NCBI GenBank assembly: GCA_964016885.1
Contig: OZ024745.1
Span: 129,084,001-129,148,000 of the forward strand
Direction of reading: 5' to 3'
Length of the DNA stretch: 64,000 nt
From: Eledone cirrhosa
Taxonomy: Eukaryota
Shown: in pieces, positions 36,420 through 49,339 of the stretch
Numbering within the stretch: the first letter of the stretch is position 1
Layout: each line of letters begins with the position of its first letter
Notes under the pieces: model-generated
Told to the model about the DNA's origin: nothing
The model's input: the letters and a program-made list of their open reading frames with translations, nothing else
Database searches by the model: none
Made by a program: the position numbers and the translations under genes

Positions 36420-37058
36420 AATAATAAACAAAATAAGACGGTTACTTTAGTCCATCCCCATTTATTTTATTATACGTATTTCAAAGATGTATAACATCAG
36501 TCGAGCATGTTCTCCAACTATTTCAGATAAAATCCACAGGAGATGTAAATATCTTTTGATATGCAAGCGGTCAGATGAATTATTCACTTCAGCAACCAGC
36601 TAGCATACGCCTGGAAAGACTTCAACGCAGTAGATATTGTATAAGTGGGAAAAATATTTACAGTTGGCGTTGCTGATTTTAAGCACGCCACCGCATAAAA
36701 CGTACGAAGAAATCATTTTTTTTCAATTAGTGAACTCTCTCTTTTCATGTATTGGTACATCCTTAAGTGATGAGGAGATATTAAAGCATTCCACATTTTC
36801 GGTATCTGTTATAGAGGAAAGCGCTCAACGATATTTACTGCGTTGAAATCTTTACAGCCATATGTTGGCCGGTCGCTGAAGTGAATAACTCGTCTGAATG
36901 CGTGCATATCAAAAGATATTTACATCTCCTGTAGATTTTATCTGAAATAGTAAGAGACGATGTTTGACTGATGTTATACATAAGCCATATATCTTTGAAA
37001 TACGTATAATAAAATAAATAGTGATGGACTAAAGTAACCCTCTTATTTGTTTATTATT
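36420..37058. mobile_element. Large foldback element (family H), ~220-bp diverged arms with HHR-like remnants
   Basis: 36420-36640 is inverted at 36829-37058. At 36935-37015: ATTTTAT-CTGAAAT...GAA-ATACGTAT-A-ATAAAAT, related to family F. Confidence 0.7.
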
Positions 37059-37063
37059 ATAAA

Positions 37064-37257
37064 GGGCAGTGGATTGGCAGTATCGGTAGAGGGTCGGACG
37101 CCATGCTTTGACGTATAGAGTTACGGCCCTTGCCATTCTGAGTTCAAATCCCGCCGAGGTTAACTTTGCCTTTCATCCTTACAGGGTCGATAAGATAAAG
37201 TACCAGTAATGCACTAGGTAATTGCTGGCCTTGTGCCAAGAGTAGACACAATTATTA
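37064..37257 (+). mobile_element. Dominant SINE copy
   Basis: Consensus match. Confidence 0.9.
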
Positions 37258-37327
37258 TAATAAAACTCCGGATAAACACAAATCGTCGAGTGCTTGATAT
37301 CTGTTATGTTAAACTTTCTCTAATTGA

Positions 37328-37378
<51 letters not shown>

Positions 37379-37380
<2 letters not shown>

Positions 37381-37548
37381 GGAAAAGAGGCAGGACCCCG
37401 ATGGCTAGATTCGGATCTGACCGTTGAAACGGCCGGAACTCAACAGTCGGGTCCTGACTTTTTTCCTATTACCCACTCTACTACCCTAAATATAGAGTAC
37501 TCTGGTGCGTTATGGTCCATCTGGTTCCTTACCACACTTTCTTTGTTT
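37379..37548. mobile_element. Family D diverged foldback copy
   Basis: Sequence match. (TA)n flanks. Confidence 0.7.
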
Positions 37549-37585
37549 TGTATATATATATATATATATTTTATTTCTCATTCTT

Positions 37586-37621
37586 TCTTCTGATGAAGGA
37601 CTAGTGTCCGAAACGTTAAGA
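37586..37621 (+). ncRNA. Minimal type I hammerhead ribozyme motif (family B), intact, in element 37573-37711
   Basis: TCTT-CTGATGA-A-GGAC-TAGT-GTCC-GAA-ACGT-T-AAGA. Confidence 0.82.
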
Positions 37622-37719
37622 CCCTCTTCCTGCTATATCAAGCGTTAACCTAATATATATCTTCCATATACTGTACTGGATTGTGTTGTTATTTCTGTTT
37701 ACCTTTTACATCTCCCCCC

Positions 37720-37758
<39 letters not shown>

Positions 37759-38060
37759 CAGTTTACCAAAATCACTGATGTTATTTCAGCGATCTCCATA
37801 TGACCCTCTCACTCAATGAGACAATAAATTGGCCGTTGTAAAACTGCATCTCGATGTTCAGAGTACACACTTAATAGTTATATAGTGAGTACAGTGGCAG
37901 TGTTTTGATAACAATTCGTCATATATCCTGTAACGAATATTTAATATAGGATTTCTACAGGACTTATCTGTTGAGTATCATATTTACTGCGGCTACCCCG
38001 ATTCCACTCGGGATCAACAAACACACACACACACACGCACACACACGCACACGCACGCAC

Positions 38061-38538
<478 letters not shown>

Positions 38539-38668
38539 ATTTATGTGTAATGAATAAAAATAACCAGGATTAAATTACATGAAATTATTTAGTTGATTTA
38601 CAAACATTTCTATCATATTTATATATAAAGATTACGTCGATTATATCGACCCCAATACATAACTGGTA

Positions 38669-39430
38669 CAATCTTAGCTATGCAGACGATCTGGCCATCA
38701 TGAGTTACTCTAGAACTGATCTGCAAGACTTTCTGAATGTACTGGTCAAACATTCGCTGGAGGCTGGCTTACACATCAACATCTCCAAAACAAAATGTAT
38801 GACAACTGATAAAAACAATGCCAGTCTCTAACTCACAATCTCCAACCAACAAATTGCTCGAGTTACGGACTTTGTATATCTCGGTCACAAACTATCATCA
38901 AACAACAATGGAATGGTTGCTGCGCAGTATCGCATTGGTTGGGCAGTTTTCAACAAGAACAAGGAAGTAATAACATCAAAACGACTTTCCAATCTTTGAT
39001 ACTTACATTCTACAAGTTGTGTTATATAGTCTTGACTGTGTTAATTGGACAAGATCACTTTAGAAGCTCTCTACATTCCAGAACCACATCATGAGACTTA
39101 TGACTGGCAAGCGGCTCAGCGACCGTATCTGTATCAGTGAGCTGCTCAACATTACCAAATTAGACCAATTACATCAATTGTCAAGTCAAGAGTACTCAAA
39201 CTATACGACCATATAAAAAGATTAACTCGTGCTGTGAATAGGCTATGCCTGGAAGGAAGGTTGGCTTGTAAGAGAAGCAGAGGCTGGCAGCCAAAACGAT
39301 GGCTTGACAATGCCAACTTATGGGCTGGACTTGATTTTTGTTCTTGGAACTCTGATGCTGGTAATCGAACTTTGTGGAGAGAGATTTCACATATTAATGC
39401 GCAGTCTGCAACTGGCGGAGTTTAGCGTCA
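38669..39430 (+). pseudogene. RTE-clade LINE reverse-transcriptase 3' half, degraded
   Basis: 'NLSYADDLAIMSYSRTDLQDFLNVLVKHSLEAGLHINISKTKCM...DFVYLGH' followed by frameshifts and a 'KRSRG..PKRWLDN...RTLWRE' C-terminus. Confidence 0.85.
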
Positions 39431-39576
39431 CAAGATTTAATTTACTGATCCCGCATGGTTAAAATAAAAGCTGACTTCGATGTGATATGATCTTAAAATT
39501 TCGGTATTTCATTGCGTCTGGAAATAAACGTACGTCGCGTCAGCCTTTCAGGGCCAATCAAATAAAGAACATTATA

Positions 39577-39675
39577 AAGGTTAACTTTGCCTTTCATCCT
39601 TACGGAGTCGATAAAATAAAGTACCAGTAATGTACTGGGTATTTGCTGGTCTTGTGCCAAAAAGTAGAAACAATT
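39577..39675 (+). mobile_element. 5'-truncated dominant SINE
   Basis: Body and tail match. Confidence 0.8.
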
Positions 39676-39777
39676 ATAAATGTATATCATATTATTCATA
39701 AAGTTATCTTAGAAGGTTTAAAATGTCCATGACTACGGCACCCTTACCCTTCTATTAGGATTTACGTGTCCTTACAT

Positions 39778-40000
39778 TAATGGTTTCTTATATAGGCACA
39801 AGGCCAGCAATTTTGTGGGAGGGGAAAGTTGATTAAATCGACCCCAGTGCGTGATTGGTACTTTATTTTATCGACCCCGTAAGGATGAAAGGAAAAGTTA
39901 ACCTCGGCGGGATTTGAACTCAGATCATAAAGGGGGTCGTAACTCTATGCTGCAAAGCATGGGGTCCGACTCTCTACCGATACTGCCAATCCACCGCCCT
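39778..40000 (-). mobile_element. Dominant SINE, long form
   Basis: Consensus match including the extra block. Confidence 0.88.
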
Positions 40001-40449
40001 GGGTTCTTACATTAATACACATACATTATGTTTGTAAACGTTGAATTGGTCATGGCTGGAATGGTTTTCATCATAAATCTGCTCTAGGAGGGCAGCTCTC
40101 GATTTAAACGACAAGAATAAGAAAGATTGATCAATATTATTCTAGTTTAGAAACAAATAAGCACAAGAAACTGAAATTAGGTCAGTTATTTAAGACAAAT
40201 TATATGTAATAGACTTCCTGCCACAACTAGCTTCGTACTTAGTGAAAAAATAATATCTGATTGAGCTAAGCGTCAAGATAGTAGAATGGTAAATTTAATC
40301 ATTTTGTAGTATTTATTTTCGTCTCTCGTAGTTTATATTTCAAAAGCTGTTGTGGCTTACATCGAATTATTTACATCAATTTCGATAAAATATATATCCG
40401 TGGTATATTGTAAACGATTCAATCTTCACTTGAAAAAAAAAAAAAAAAA

Positions 40450-40846
<397 letters not shown>

Positions 40847-40848
<2 letters not shown>

Positions 40849-40984
40849 CAAAGGAAGTGTGGTAAGGAACCAGGTGGACCATAACACACCAGAGTACTCG
40901 GTACTTAGGGTAGTAGAGTGGGTAATAGGAAAAGAGTCAGGACCCCGACGGCTGAGCTCCGGCCATTTCGACAGCTAGATCTCA
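40847..40984 (-). mobile_element. Family D copy
   Basis: Sequence match. (TA)n flanks. Confidence 0.75.
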
Positions 40985-41012
40985 ACCTTATTATATATAT
41001 ATATATATATAT

Positions 41013-41493
41013 ATAGGAAAAAGTATGACCCCGACGGCAGAGCTCAAGCCGTTTCGACGGCTATTTCTGGATTAAATTAGAATTTTTAGCCTGGTAAATA
41101 AATAGCCGAACTTATCAAGGGGTATTTCCTTATATGGCAAGATTGTAGTTGTTGAGAGGATTGGTCAAAATTTGTTGTAAACACAAATAAGTCTATCGTG
41201 GCATTTGGTGGGAGGTAGGGGTGTTGAACTTGCCTGTAGAATAATAAGGGAGTGAGTGGAGCCGGTCAAGCTTCTTAACAACTACAATCTTCCCATATAA
41301 GGAAGTAACCCTTGACAAGTTCGGCTATTTATTTACCAGGCTAAAAATTCTAATTTAATCCAGAAATAGCCGTCGAAACGGCTTGAGCTCTGCCGTCGGG
41401 GTCATACTTTTTCTTATTACCCACTCTACTACCCTAAGTATTGAGTACTCTGGTGCGTTATGGTCCATCTGGTTCCTTACCACAATTCCTTCG

Positions 41494-41495
<2 letters not shown>
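41013..41495. mobile_element. Longest family D copy, ~145-bp inverted arms
   Basis: 41013-41155 is inverted at 41273-41418. Tail runs to 41495. (TA)n flanks. Confidence 0.78.
41305..41407 (+). ncRNA. Type I hammerhead fold with long helix II and decayed core (family D)
   Basis: ACCC-TTGACAA-GTT-CGGCTATTT-(large loop)-AAATAGCCG-TC-GAA-ACGGC-TTGAGCTCT-GCCGT-C-GGGGTC. GUC triplet. Confidence 0.6.
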
Positions 41496-41549
<54 letters not shown>

Positions 41550-41637
41550 GGAAAGTTATATTTAAAATTGTTGGGTTACAACTAGTAAATATGCTGTTTA
41601 TATTGTATTTTATAAATATAGTTTCCATTTATTTAAT

Positions 41638-41726
<89 letters not shown>

Positions 41727-41983
41727 TGCTTTCTTTATTAACCACAAGGGTCTACATAAAGTAGACATTAAGGACAGTACAGGACAATATAGGACGGTAC
41801 AAATGGGCATTTCTACGTGTAAAAAAACCCCAAAAAACAGAGGATGTAACAAAAAACTAACAATGAAAAATTCCCCAATAGGGGGGAGACTTCTGAGAGA
41901 CATTTGTGGAGAAAGCCCATTAAAAGGCCACAGTGACCCTGACCACCAGGGCAAGTGCCCTCTCCTAGTTTTCCACCTTTAAT

Positions 41984-44783
41984 TTACAGACACATACTCA
42001 GAGTAGGCCCATTCACTCGGGCCATACTTGCTTCTCTCACCCATCTTTCAACAAAATGCTGGGAAGAGAGCACTTCCCTCTCTACCCTGATTTTCCATTT
42101 CAAATGAAATTTGAAAAAGTTAATCAGGGCATCACCGAAGAGGTAAGTGCTCGTTTTCAGCCATTTCAAACGTGTCCACCATACTATCTCTTGCGCCATG
42201 GCCACCAGACAGATAAAAACTGCCTGCCCTTCCCGGCTAAAGGAAGAGGGCGGTGCAATCCTCACGATGGACTCACTCAGCTGATAGCTGGATCCATCCT
42301 ACACGTGAAAGCAGGTGTTCGATATAAACGCACAAGTCAACAGTGCTTGGACACTGGACGAGTGCGTGCAGGACGGTTTCGTCGCCCTGCGCGCATCTCG
42401 GACATGCCCGGCTGACGGCCCCTCCATGCCTGTAGAGTTTATCCCGAACTGGCAAAGCTCCTCGGTAACACTGCCAGGCCAGGGATTTCTGGAAGTTGTC
42501 CATAAGCCCCGGCCCGAAATTTCTTCCGAAGAGATTGGCTAGTTGATTTTCGTCGACGCCTAGAATTTCTCCAAGTTCGTCGTCGCTCTTCCCCTCCACT
42601 AATCCTCTATAGAACGCCAAAGTGGAGTTTCCACCGATCACATTGCCCGATTGGTCGAGGGCTGTGAGCGCCTGAAGACATTCCAGTCTGCAAGCGCTCC
42701 CTCTCCGTCTTCGCTTGACCCAGGACTGCAGCTGCTGATACGGATCTTCTGCGTCCTAGTTCGCGCGGGATCCCCCTCAACGTCTCCAGTTTGTGCAGTA
42801 ATGGCTCGAGAGTCAATACGTACAAGAGGGACGAGAGGGGACATCCTTGGCGGACCGAACGCATGATGTTGAAAGCTTCCGAAAGGTGACCGTTCACTCT
42901 CACCACAGAGAAGATGTCGCTGAGCATGGCAGCGATCCAGCCTCTGAAGACGGGCCCAAAGCCAGCCGCCCTCAGGACTGCCGCTAGGTAACGATGGTCG
43001 ACCCTATCCAAAGCTTTCGACTGATCTAAATTGATCAAGGACCCACCCGTGCCAGGTTCCCTAGCTACCCTCTCTACGATGTATCGGATGAGGTGGAGGT
43101 TGTCGTAGATGGATCTGTCGGGAATGGCGCACGTCTGCGCCTCTCCCACCAGACCACCAACGACAAGCGCCAACCTCTTTGCTAGCACCTTGGCCAAAAT
43201 CTTGAACTCCGTGTTTAGCAGAGTTATGGGCCTGAAATTATCTATGTTATCCCCCTTGTTCGGATCCTTTCTCAGCAGCGCCACCTCTTCTCGGCTCACA
43301 GAGCTGGGAATTTTCCCGTTCTGTTGCCAGTTGCAGTAGACGTCCGCCAAGAGGCCTCCGAAAAAGTCTGGCATCTGTACGTAAAGTTCATAGGGCAGAC
43401 CATCCAAACCAGGCGATTTACCCCTTGTGCAGCCAGTCATTGCCTCCCGTTCTTCAGCAGCTGTTATCGGCTTTTCGCAACACTCCGCCTTAGTGACCGA
43501 GAGCCGCGGAAGTCCGTCGTGGTAGACACAAAATCCATCCCTCGATCAGGCCCGCCGCTGCCCCCGAACAGCTGAGCGAAGTGTCGCTGAAAAGCTTCAC
43601 ACATTTGCTCGGGATCGAGTAGCATGCGCCCGTCGTGGTCCACCAAAGACCGGATCGTGGCTTTGTTGCCACGACGCGGCTCCGCCACTCGGGCCCATTG
43701 AACAACTTTCGTCCCCTCGTGTCTGAGAGCACGCACCTTAGCTCTGACAACGCAGCCTTCGTGCTTTGCATTGAAGAATTGGTCAAGGGCCAATTTCGCC
43801 GCAAGTACGTCGGTCGCGATGCCTTTGCTAAGCGCCTCGTCTAATTTTCTAACTAGTTCTCCCTCTGCTCTATTTTTCTCTATTGCTAAAGCCTTACTAA
43901 ACCTAATGGACTCTATTCTAATCGCTCTTTTCAGAGCAAACCACCACTTGTTGTTGACGATGGCCCCCGTCAACGCACGCTTAACTAGTTCGCTAATCCG
44001 GTCTCTGTAGGCCTTGTGCGCTGGTAAGGACGCGTTTAGCTTCCAGTAGCCGGGTCCTCGTCTATGAAGCCTATCTAAGTCAAGCACACAAATCACGAAT
44101 TTGTGGTCCGTGTAGCTGACAATCTTGAATTGTGGACAGCCTATGCTAGACCTATCTATTTCCCTACAAAATACTCTATCTAGATATGATCTGGATGACC
44201 CTATGCGATTTGTCCAAGTCCACATTGGCACATTCGGGAAATCCAATCGGTACCTGTCAGACAGTTCAAAACGCCTGAGCAGGTTGGTGAGGCTCTTGCA
44301 CCCTCCTCCCCTATCCGCTAATCCCACACAGTCCCCGCGTGCATCTAAGATCCCGTTCCAGTCGCCCACTAACACTAAAGAGCGGGACGTTCCTAGAAAG
44401 GTCTCCAGACGCCAGAAGAAATCAGGCCGCCCTGCTCCTGTCGGGGCTGAGACGGCCACTAGCCTGAAAGCTTGCCCGTCTTCGCTGGTCACGTCCAGCA
44501 CCACCAACTTACCTTCTGGGTACAGGAAGATGGCCCGTATGGTGAGATCCAAACCTCTCCGAAAAAGCACAGCAACTCCTCCCCCCGATCCAGGACGGCT
44601 GGGAAATGTGTACACATCGTAGCCGCCGAAGATCGGTGCGATGGCCCGTGCTTCGGAGATTCTGGTCTCGCTGATGGCCACTACATCTACGTTTAGTGAC
44701 CTGAGGTCGTTGAGCAGGTGGCCCTGCTTCCATGACGACCCCAAGCCACGCGCATTTATGCTGCCTATTCTGAGTGAGGTCAT
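41984..44783 (-). pseudogene. LINE ORF2 (AP endonuclease + reverse transcriptase + C-terminal Cys/His region), frameshifted and internally deleted
   Basis: APE motifs 'LRIGSINARGL', 'AISETR', 'LVGDWN', 'YLDRVF', 'TDH'. 'GPGYWKLN'. RT motifs 'KSPGLDGLP', 'NFRPITLLNTEFKILAKVLA', 'DQSKALDRVDH', 'VRQGCPLS'. C-terminal 'CPRC...ETVLHALVQCP'. Split over 4 ORFs and YADD is absent. Confidence 0.92.
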
Positions 44784-45212
44784 GTTGAAATGGAGTGGAA
44801 AAGATGGGAAAGACCACTTACCTTACTTCTCGTAGAGGAAGGATGGTTTCTCCATCCTTTTCACTGCTTGTGGCCTCCTCCGGAAGGATGTCCTTATAAA
44901 TCCTCCTGGAGAGTGCTTGTCGGAAGTCTCCGATGTCTTTGGGGAATTTTTGTTTTAGTGTCGTGTACGTTTTCTGTGTGATGCGAGTGATTTGTATGTG
45001 TGGAGGTGGTGTGAACTTTTGGGTTGTTGTGTAGTCTTTTTCTGTGATGCTGGTGTTGTGTTGGATGTAGTGTAATAATTGGTTGTTGTTCAAATTTAAT
45101 GCTGTGTAGTGTGTATCGTTTTGGTTGTTTTGTTTTGTTTGCGTTTGTTGTGGGTTTGTTTCTGTTTCGCTTTTTGGTGACTTTTGTGGTGTTGGTGATG
45201 GTGGTGTTGGGG

Positions 45213-46508
45213 TTAATGATGGTGATGGTGTTGGTGTTTGTGGTGATGGGGTTGGTGATGCTGTGATGCTGGTATGGATGGTGGCATATCTGTCCTAACT
45301 TTTTTGTTTGATAGTTTATTTGTTTCTCTCTGTATTTTGTTTTTGGAGGGGGAGGGAAGAGAATTTTTTCTTTTTTGGTTTCTTTTTTTCTTTTTTCCTG
45401 ATACCGTTTCCCACTCCTCGTCGTCACAATCTGTCTCCAGTTGTGATAGGCCGGGGAGTGGAAAATCCTCCGCAGGTGATGGTTTTGGTTGTGGCGTGGT
45501 GGATGGTGTAGGCGCTGGTGCTAGTTTTGGCGCGTTGGGTGGTGGTGGTGTTGGTTTTGCTACTGTTGCTGGCGTTGTTGCTGTTACAGTTGCTTCTGTT
45601 GTTGCTGCTACAGTTGTTGCTGCCATCTCTGCTGCTGGTGGTGTTGATGGTTGAGTCACTGGGGTGGGTAAGAGAGGTGGCCTCAACCTTTTAGCCTCAG
45701 GGCAGAAAGTCCTTAGGTGGGTTCCTTCACCACAAATGACACACCTAGGCCTTCTGCTCTCGACGATTACGGTGAGGTGGTTGCTGTCAGTGAGGTCTAT
45801 TACCTCTGGGATCTCCTCAATGCTTTTTTGGTCCGCTTGGATCAGGAGCTCCATCCCAGATCCGGACCAGTTCTCCTGCTTTTCTTTCGCTATTTCGATT
45901 ATCTTGGTGTTGGCTTCGATACCGGCGAGGACGGTAGCTATTAGCCAGGGAATTTCGATGGCTGGTGGAACGTGGGTCACCCTGATCTTCACGAGTCTCT
46001 GGCCACAATAGCTTGGGATGAGTGTGAAGTCGTCACTTCTTAATGGGGCCATGGAGTGTTCTCTGGCCTCCTGTGGTGTTTCAAAGAACACGTCCACGGT
46101 TCCATATTTCTGCCCACGTCTGATGTGGGTTTTTTTTGCCCACACATGTCCCAAAGCTTTTTGGATTTGGGACTCGGATGGTCGTTCCACTCGGCGCGAT
46201 TTTATGTTAATCGTCCGATAAGACACGGTGCATAGGCGCCGATGCTCCATTTTATTAGGGGGGGGGGTGAGGCTGACCCTGTACCCATCTTTCTTTACCA
46301 TTTTTTTGGCTTCTTCTAATTCCTCCTGAGTTACCTGGAATGCTTCGCACTGTTTTGCTACTCTGGCAAAACTCAGCGTGGTTTTCTTAATTTCATTGTT
46401 GGTGTTGTTGTTATCGTTATTTTTGTTATTGTTAATTTTAGTTTCAGTTGTGGTGGTGGTGGCGTCAGTGGTGTTCGGTGTGGAAGAGTTCATTTTGGTT
46501 GAATTCAT
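45213..46508 (-). CDS. LINE ORF1 (gag-like nucleic-acid-binding protein); C-terminus probably frameshifted into 44818-45427
   Basis: 431-aa ORF with CX2CX4HX4C knuckle 'CVICGEGTHLRTFC', 'SFARVAK' motif, Pro/Thr-rich linker and 'WETVSGKKKKR', all typical of L1/Tx1 ORF1. Confidence 0.8.
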   Translation of the reverse strand: MNSTKMNSSTPNTTDATTTTTETKINNNKNNDNNNTNNEIKKTTLSFARVAKQCEAFQVTQEELEEAKKMVKKDGYRVSLTPPPNKMEHRRLCTVSYRTINIKSRRVERPSESQIQKALGHVWAKKTHIRRGQKYGTVDVFFETPQEAREHSMAPLRSDDFTLIPSYCGQRLVKIRVTHVPPAIEIPWLIATVLAGIEANTKIIEIAKEKQENWSGSGMELLIQADQKSIEEIPEVIDLTDSNHLTVIVESRRPRCVICGEGTHLRTFCPEAKRLRPPLLPTPVTQPSTPPAAEMAATTVAATTEATVTATTPATVAKPTPPPPNAPKLAPAPTPSTTPQPKPSPAEDFPLPGLSQLETDCDDEEWETVSGKKKKRNQKRKNSLPSPSKNKIQRETNKLSNKKVRTDMPPSIPASQHHQPHHHKHQHHHHH

Positions 46509-46998
46509 TTCGATATCACGAGTTAATTTATTTTTTCTTTTGTTTCTGTTGTCGCTGTGGTGGTGGTGGGGGTGGCGGCTTTAACACCTGCAGTCATTAT
46601 TAATGGTGGGAAATGAATGTCTGCCTGAGACAAATTTAAAATATTGCTACTGCTTATATTTTTAGTGTTGGCAAACGTAGTAATATTTACAATGGTGGTG
46701 TCGGTGTGAGGTGTTAGTTTGTGAGGAAGGTGTGACTGTGAGTCATCCATGATTTTTTTCAAATAAATTTTTGTTTGATAATTATAAAAGTTTAAATTTT
46801 GGGCTCAAGGCCCCAATCTTTTTGAGTGTCCTTTTCAGAAAACAATGTATGTGCACTTATATACAGTTAACAATAAAAATTTTCCATAAATGGCAATTTT
46901 AAACAACTGAAAATAACAAACCTTTGCGGAGCTCACGATAATACGATTTACTACGTAGGTCACCAATAATAATAATAATAATAATAAAACTGACTCTT

Positions 46999-47130
46999 TG
47001 GTTAAGAAGTTCGTTTCGGAACTATGATGTTTGGGATTCATTTCCACTATCTTCTTCATTAATTTTGGATCGACCAAAACCTTGTAAATGAAAATTGTTT
47101 GATGAAAATGATGGCGAAGCCCATCGATAA
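46999..47130 (+). mobile_element. Highly degenerate third tRNA-derived SINE type
   Basis: 'tggttaagaagttcgtttc...gggattcatttccact...gatcgaccaaaaccttgtaaatga...gaagcccatcg' resembles, from memory, another common octopus SINE. Confidence 0.4.
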
Positions 47131-47380
47131 GTAGGTTCCGGTCTTTGATTGGTAGACGCAATAAGTTTCGTGGTTTAACACAACAACCATGTTCTTAAGA
47201 TTCTTGAAAAGAATCAATGGTTGTAAGCATTCTAGTTAGGTGCTAGTCTGAGAAATCCTTCAGTTTGTCTCACTAGTCTTCAATGCTCAGCAAATTGCCA
47301 TGAGTAATGACACAGTTCTCCTCTGACAAAGTTATAAAATAGTTGATGTCTCTGCTTCCTATAACATATGTGTATAAAAT

Positions 47381-47790
47381 GATTGTTTCTGATTAAAGCA
47401 CAAGGCCAGCAATCGACCTTAGTGCATTACGGGTTCTTTAGTTTATCGACCCCGTAAGGATGTAAAGCAAAGCTAACCTCGACGGGAATATGTGTATAAA
47501 ATAACAGCAAGCACTCATGATTATTTTTTCATAGCGTTGTAATGCTGACTTTCATTCTTACAGAGGAAACAAGGACGGTGGATTGGCACTATCGGTAGAG
47601 AATCAGACACCATTCTTTGCAGATTAGAGTTACGGCCCTTTACAGTCTGAGTTCAAATCCCCCCGAGATTAACTTTGCCTTTCATCCTTACGGCGTCGAT
47701 AAAATAAAGCACCATTAACGTACTTGGGTCGATTTAATCGACTTTCCCCTCTTCCCAAATTACAGGCCTTGTGCCTAAAGTAGAAAACCT
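47381..47790. mobile_element. Dominant SINE: minus-strand fragment (47381-47487) and plus-strand long form (47575-47790)
   Basis: Consensus matches. Confidence 0.8.
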
Positions 47791-48131
47791 TATTACAGAG
47801 GAAACACATTATTTTGGATTGGTTTATATCCCATTCTTTAATACCATTCTCAGACATTCACATGGGTATTAAATACTTTTTACAATCGCTTTCTTTCCTC
47901 ACTCGCTGAAATTACATTCCTTCTCCTGTTATTTACCAAACAGACTAAGATACACGCATGCAATCTGCAACACTGTAGAAACATATACGTACACATAAGT
48001 GGGTGCATCACCGTCTTCTACTAACGCAGAAAAATACACACGAAGAACATATAAATCATTACTTGTCTCCTCTCCTATACTGTCACACCCTTTTAAATAC
48101 GTACACATCCTGTTGAACATATATCCACATG

Positions 48132-48218
<87 letters not shown>

Positions 48219-48219
48219 G

Positions 48220-48405
48220 TAAGTATTTAATATGGAAATGGCTTCTACAGGATTAGAACTGTTTCATTCGGGAGAAATCATCATGATGATTTCTCCCGAA
48301 TGAAACAGTTCTAATCCTGTAGAAGCCATTTCTATATTAAATACTTATACTCTGCTATGTATTGAGTACCTTACTATGGTTACCCCCGATTGAACCCGGG
48401 ATAAA
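48220..48405. mobile_element. Family A copy forming a 128-bp near-perfect palindrome (48220-48347) plus tail
   Basis: Centre at 48283/48284 (tcatca|tgatga), one mismatch between the arms. Confidence 0.85.
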
Positions 48406-48450
48406 CACACATATATATATATGTGTAAAAGTTAAACATATATACATTAC

Positions 48451-48483
<33 letters not shown>

Positions 48484-48489
<6 letters not shown>

Positions 48490-48667
48490 GTTTCTACTTT
48501 AGGCACAAGGCCAGCAATTACCCAGTGCATTACTGGTACTTTATTTTATCGACCCCGTAAGGATGAAAGGCAAAGTCAACCGCGGCGGGATTTGAACTCA
48601 GATCGTAAAGGGACGTAACTATGCTGGAAAGCATGGCGTCCGACTCTCTACCGATACTGCCAATCCA
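48484..48667 (-). mobile_element. Dominant SINE copy
   Basis: Consensus match. Confidence 0.9.
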
Positions 48668-48694
48668 ATATATATAATGTAATGTATATATGTT

Positions 48695-48725
<31 letters not shown>

Positions 48726-49339
48726 CATACAAACAAACATGCCCACATCCACACAGGAACAAATATTCTCATTCCAAGACACGTTCACAATCACACACAC
48801 ACACACACATATACACAAACCATACTTAAGTACGAACTCAGCCACATTCTGTTACACATATATACATATTCAAGTCCTCACACACAAACGCACATAGAAT
48901 ATATAACATACAACTCGTATATATGCACACAGAGATAAGCACAGAATCAGATCTTTACATATTCAGACACCGCTGCAAAGCCATATACGAATACATATAC
49001 ATATACGTATATACGCAAACACATATATAACATTACACAAAAGTATTACACTCACTGCTCAATACACATATGCAGATATACGTCTAGAGCTACTTATGAT
49101 ATATACACATACATCCATCAATCTACCAGTATGCACACATAAAATGAAGAGCACAACGCCCATAATCAGATTCATAAATGCTTAGACACACCTCCATACA
49201 CTCATATACGGATATATAAACCTTCATTACATTCAAACATTTAAATTGAAATACTACCATAACAAACACTATCAGATAAACAGATACATGGACGTATCTC
49301 ATAGCCACATATAGATATCTACACCCATACATCCATATA

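Larger units (their letters stand above)
41728..46964 (-). mobile_element. Near-full-length L1/Tx1-clade non-LTR retrotransposon, inactivated
   Basis: ORF1 plus APE-RT ORF2, 3' UTR ending 'cccttgtggttaataaagaaa'. (AAT)n tracts on both sides (41692-41727, 46965-46987). Confidence 0.92.

Noticed and set aside
44125-46584. Plus-strand ORFs over the LINE
   Set aside because: They are antisense shadows of ORF1/ORF2.
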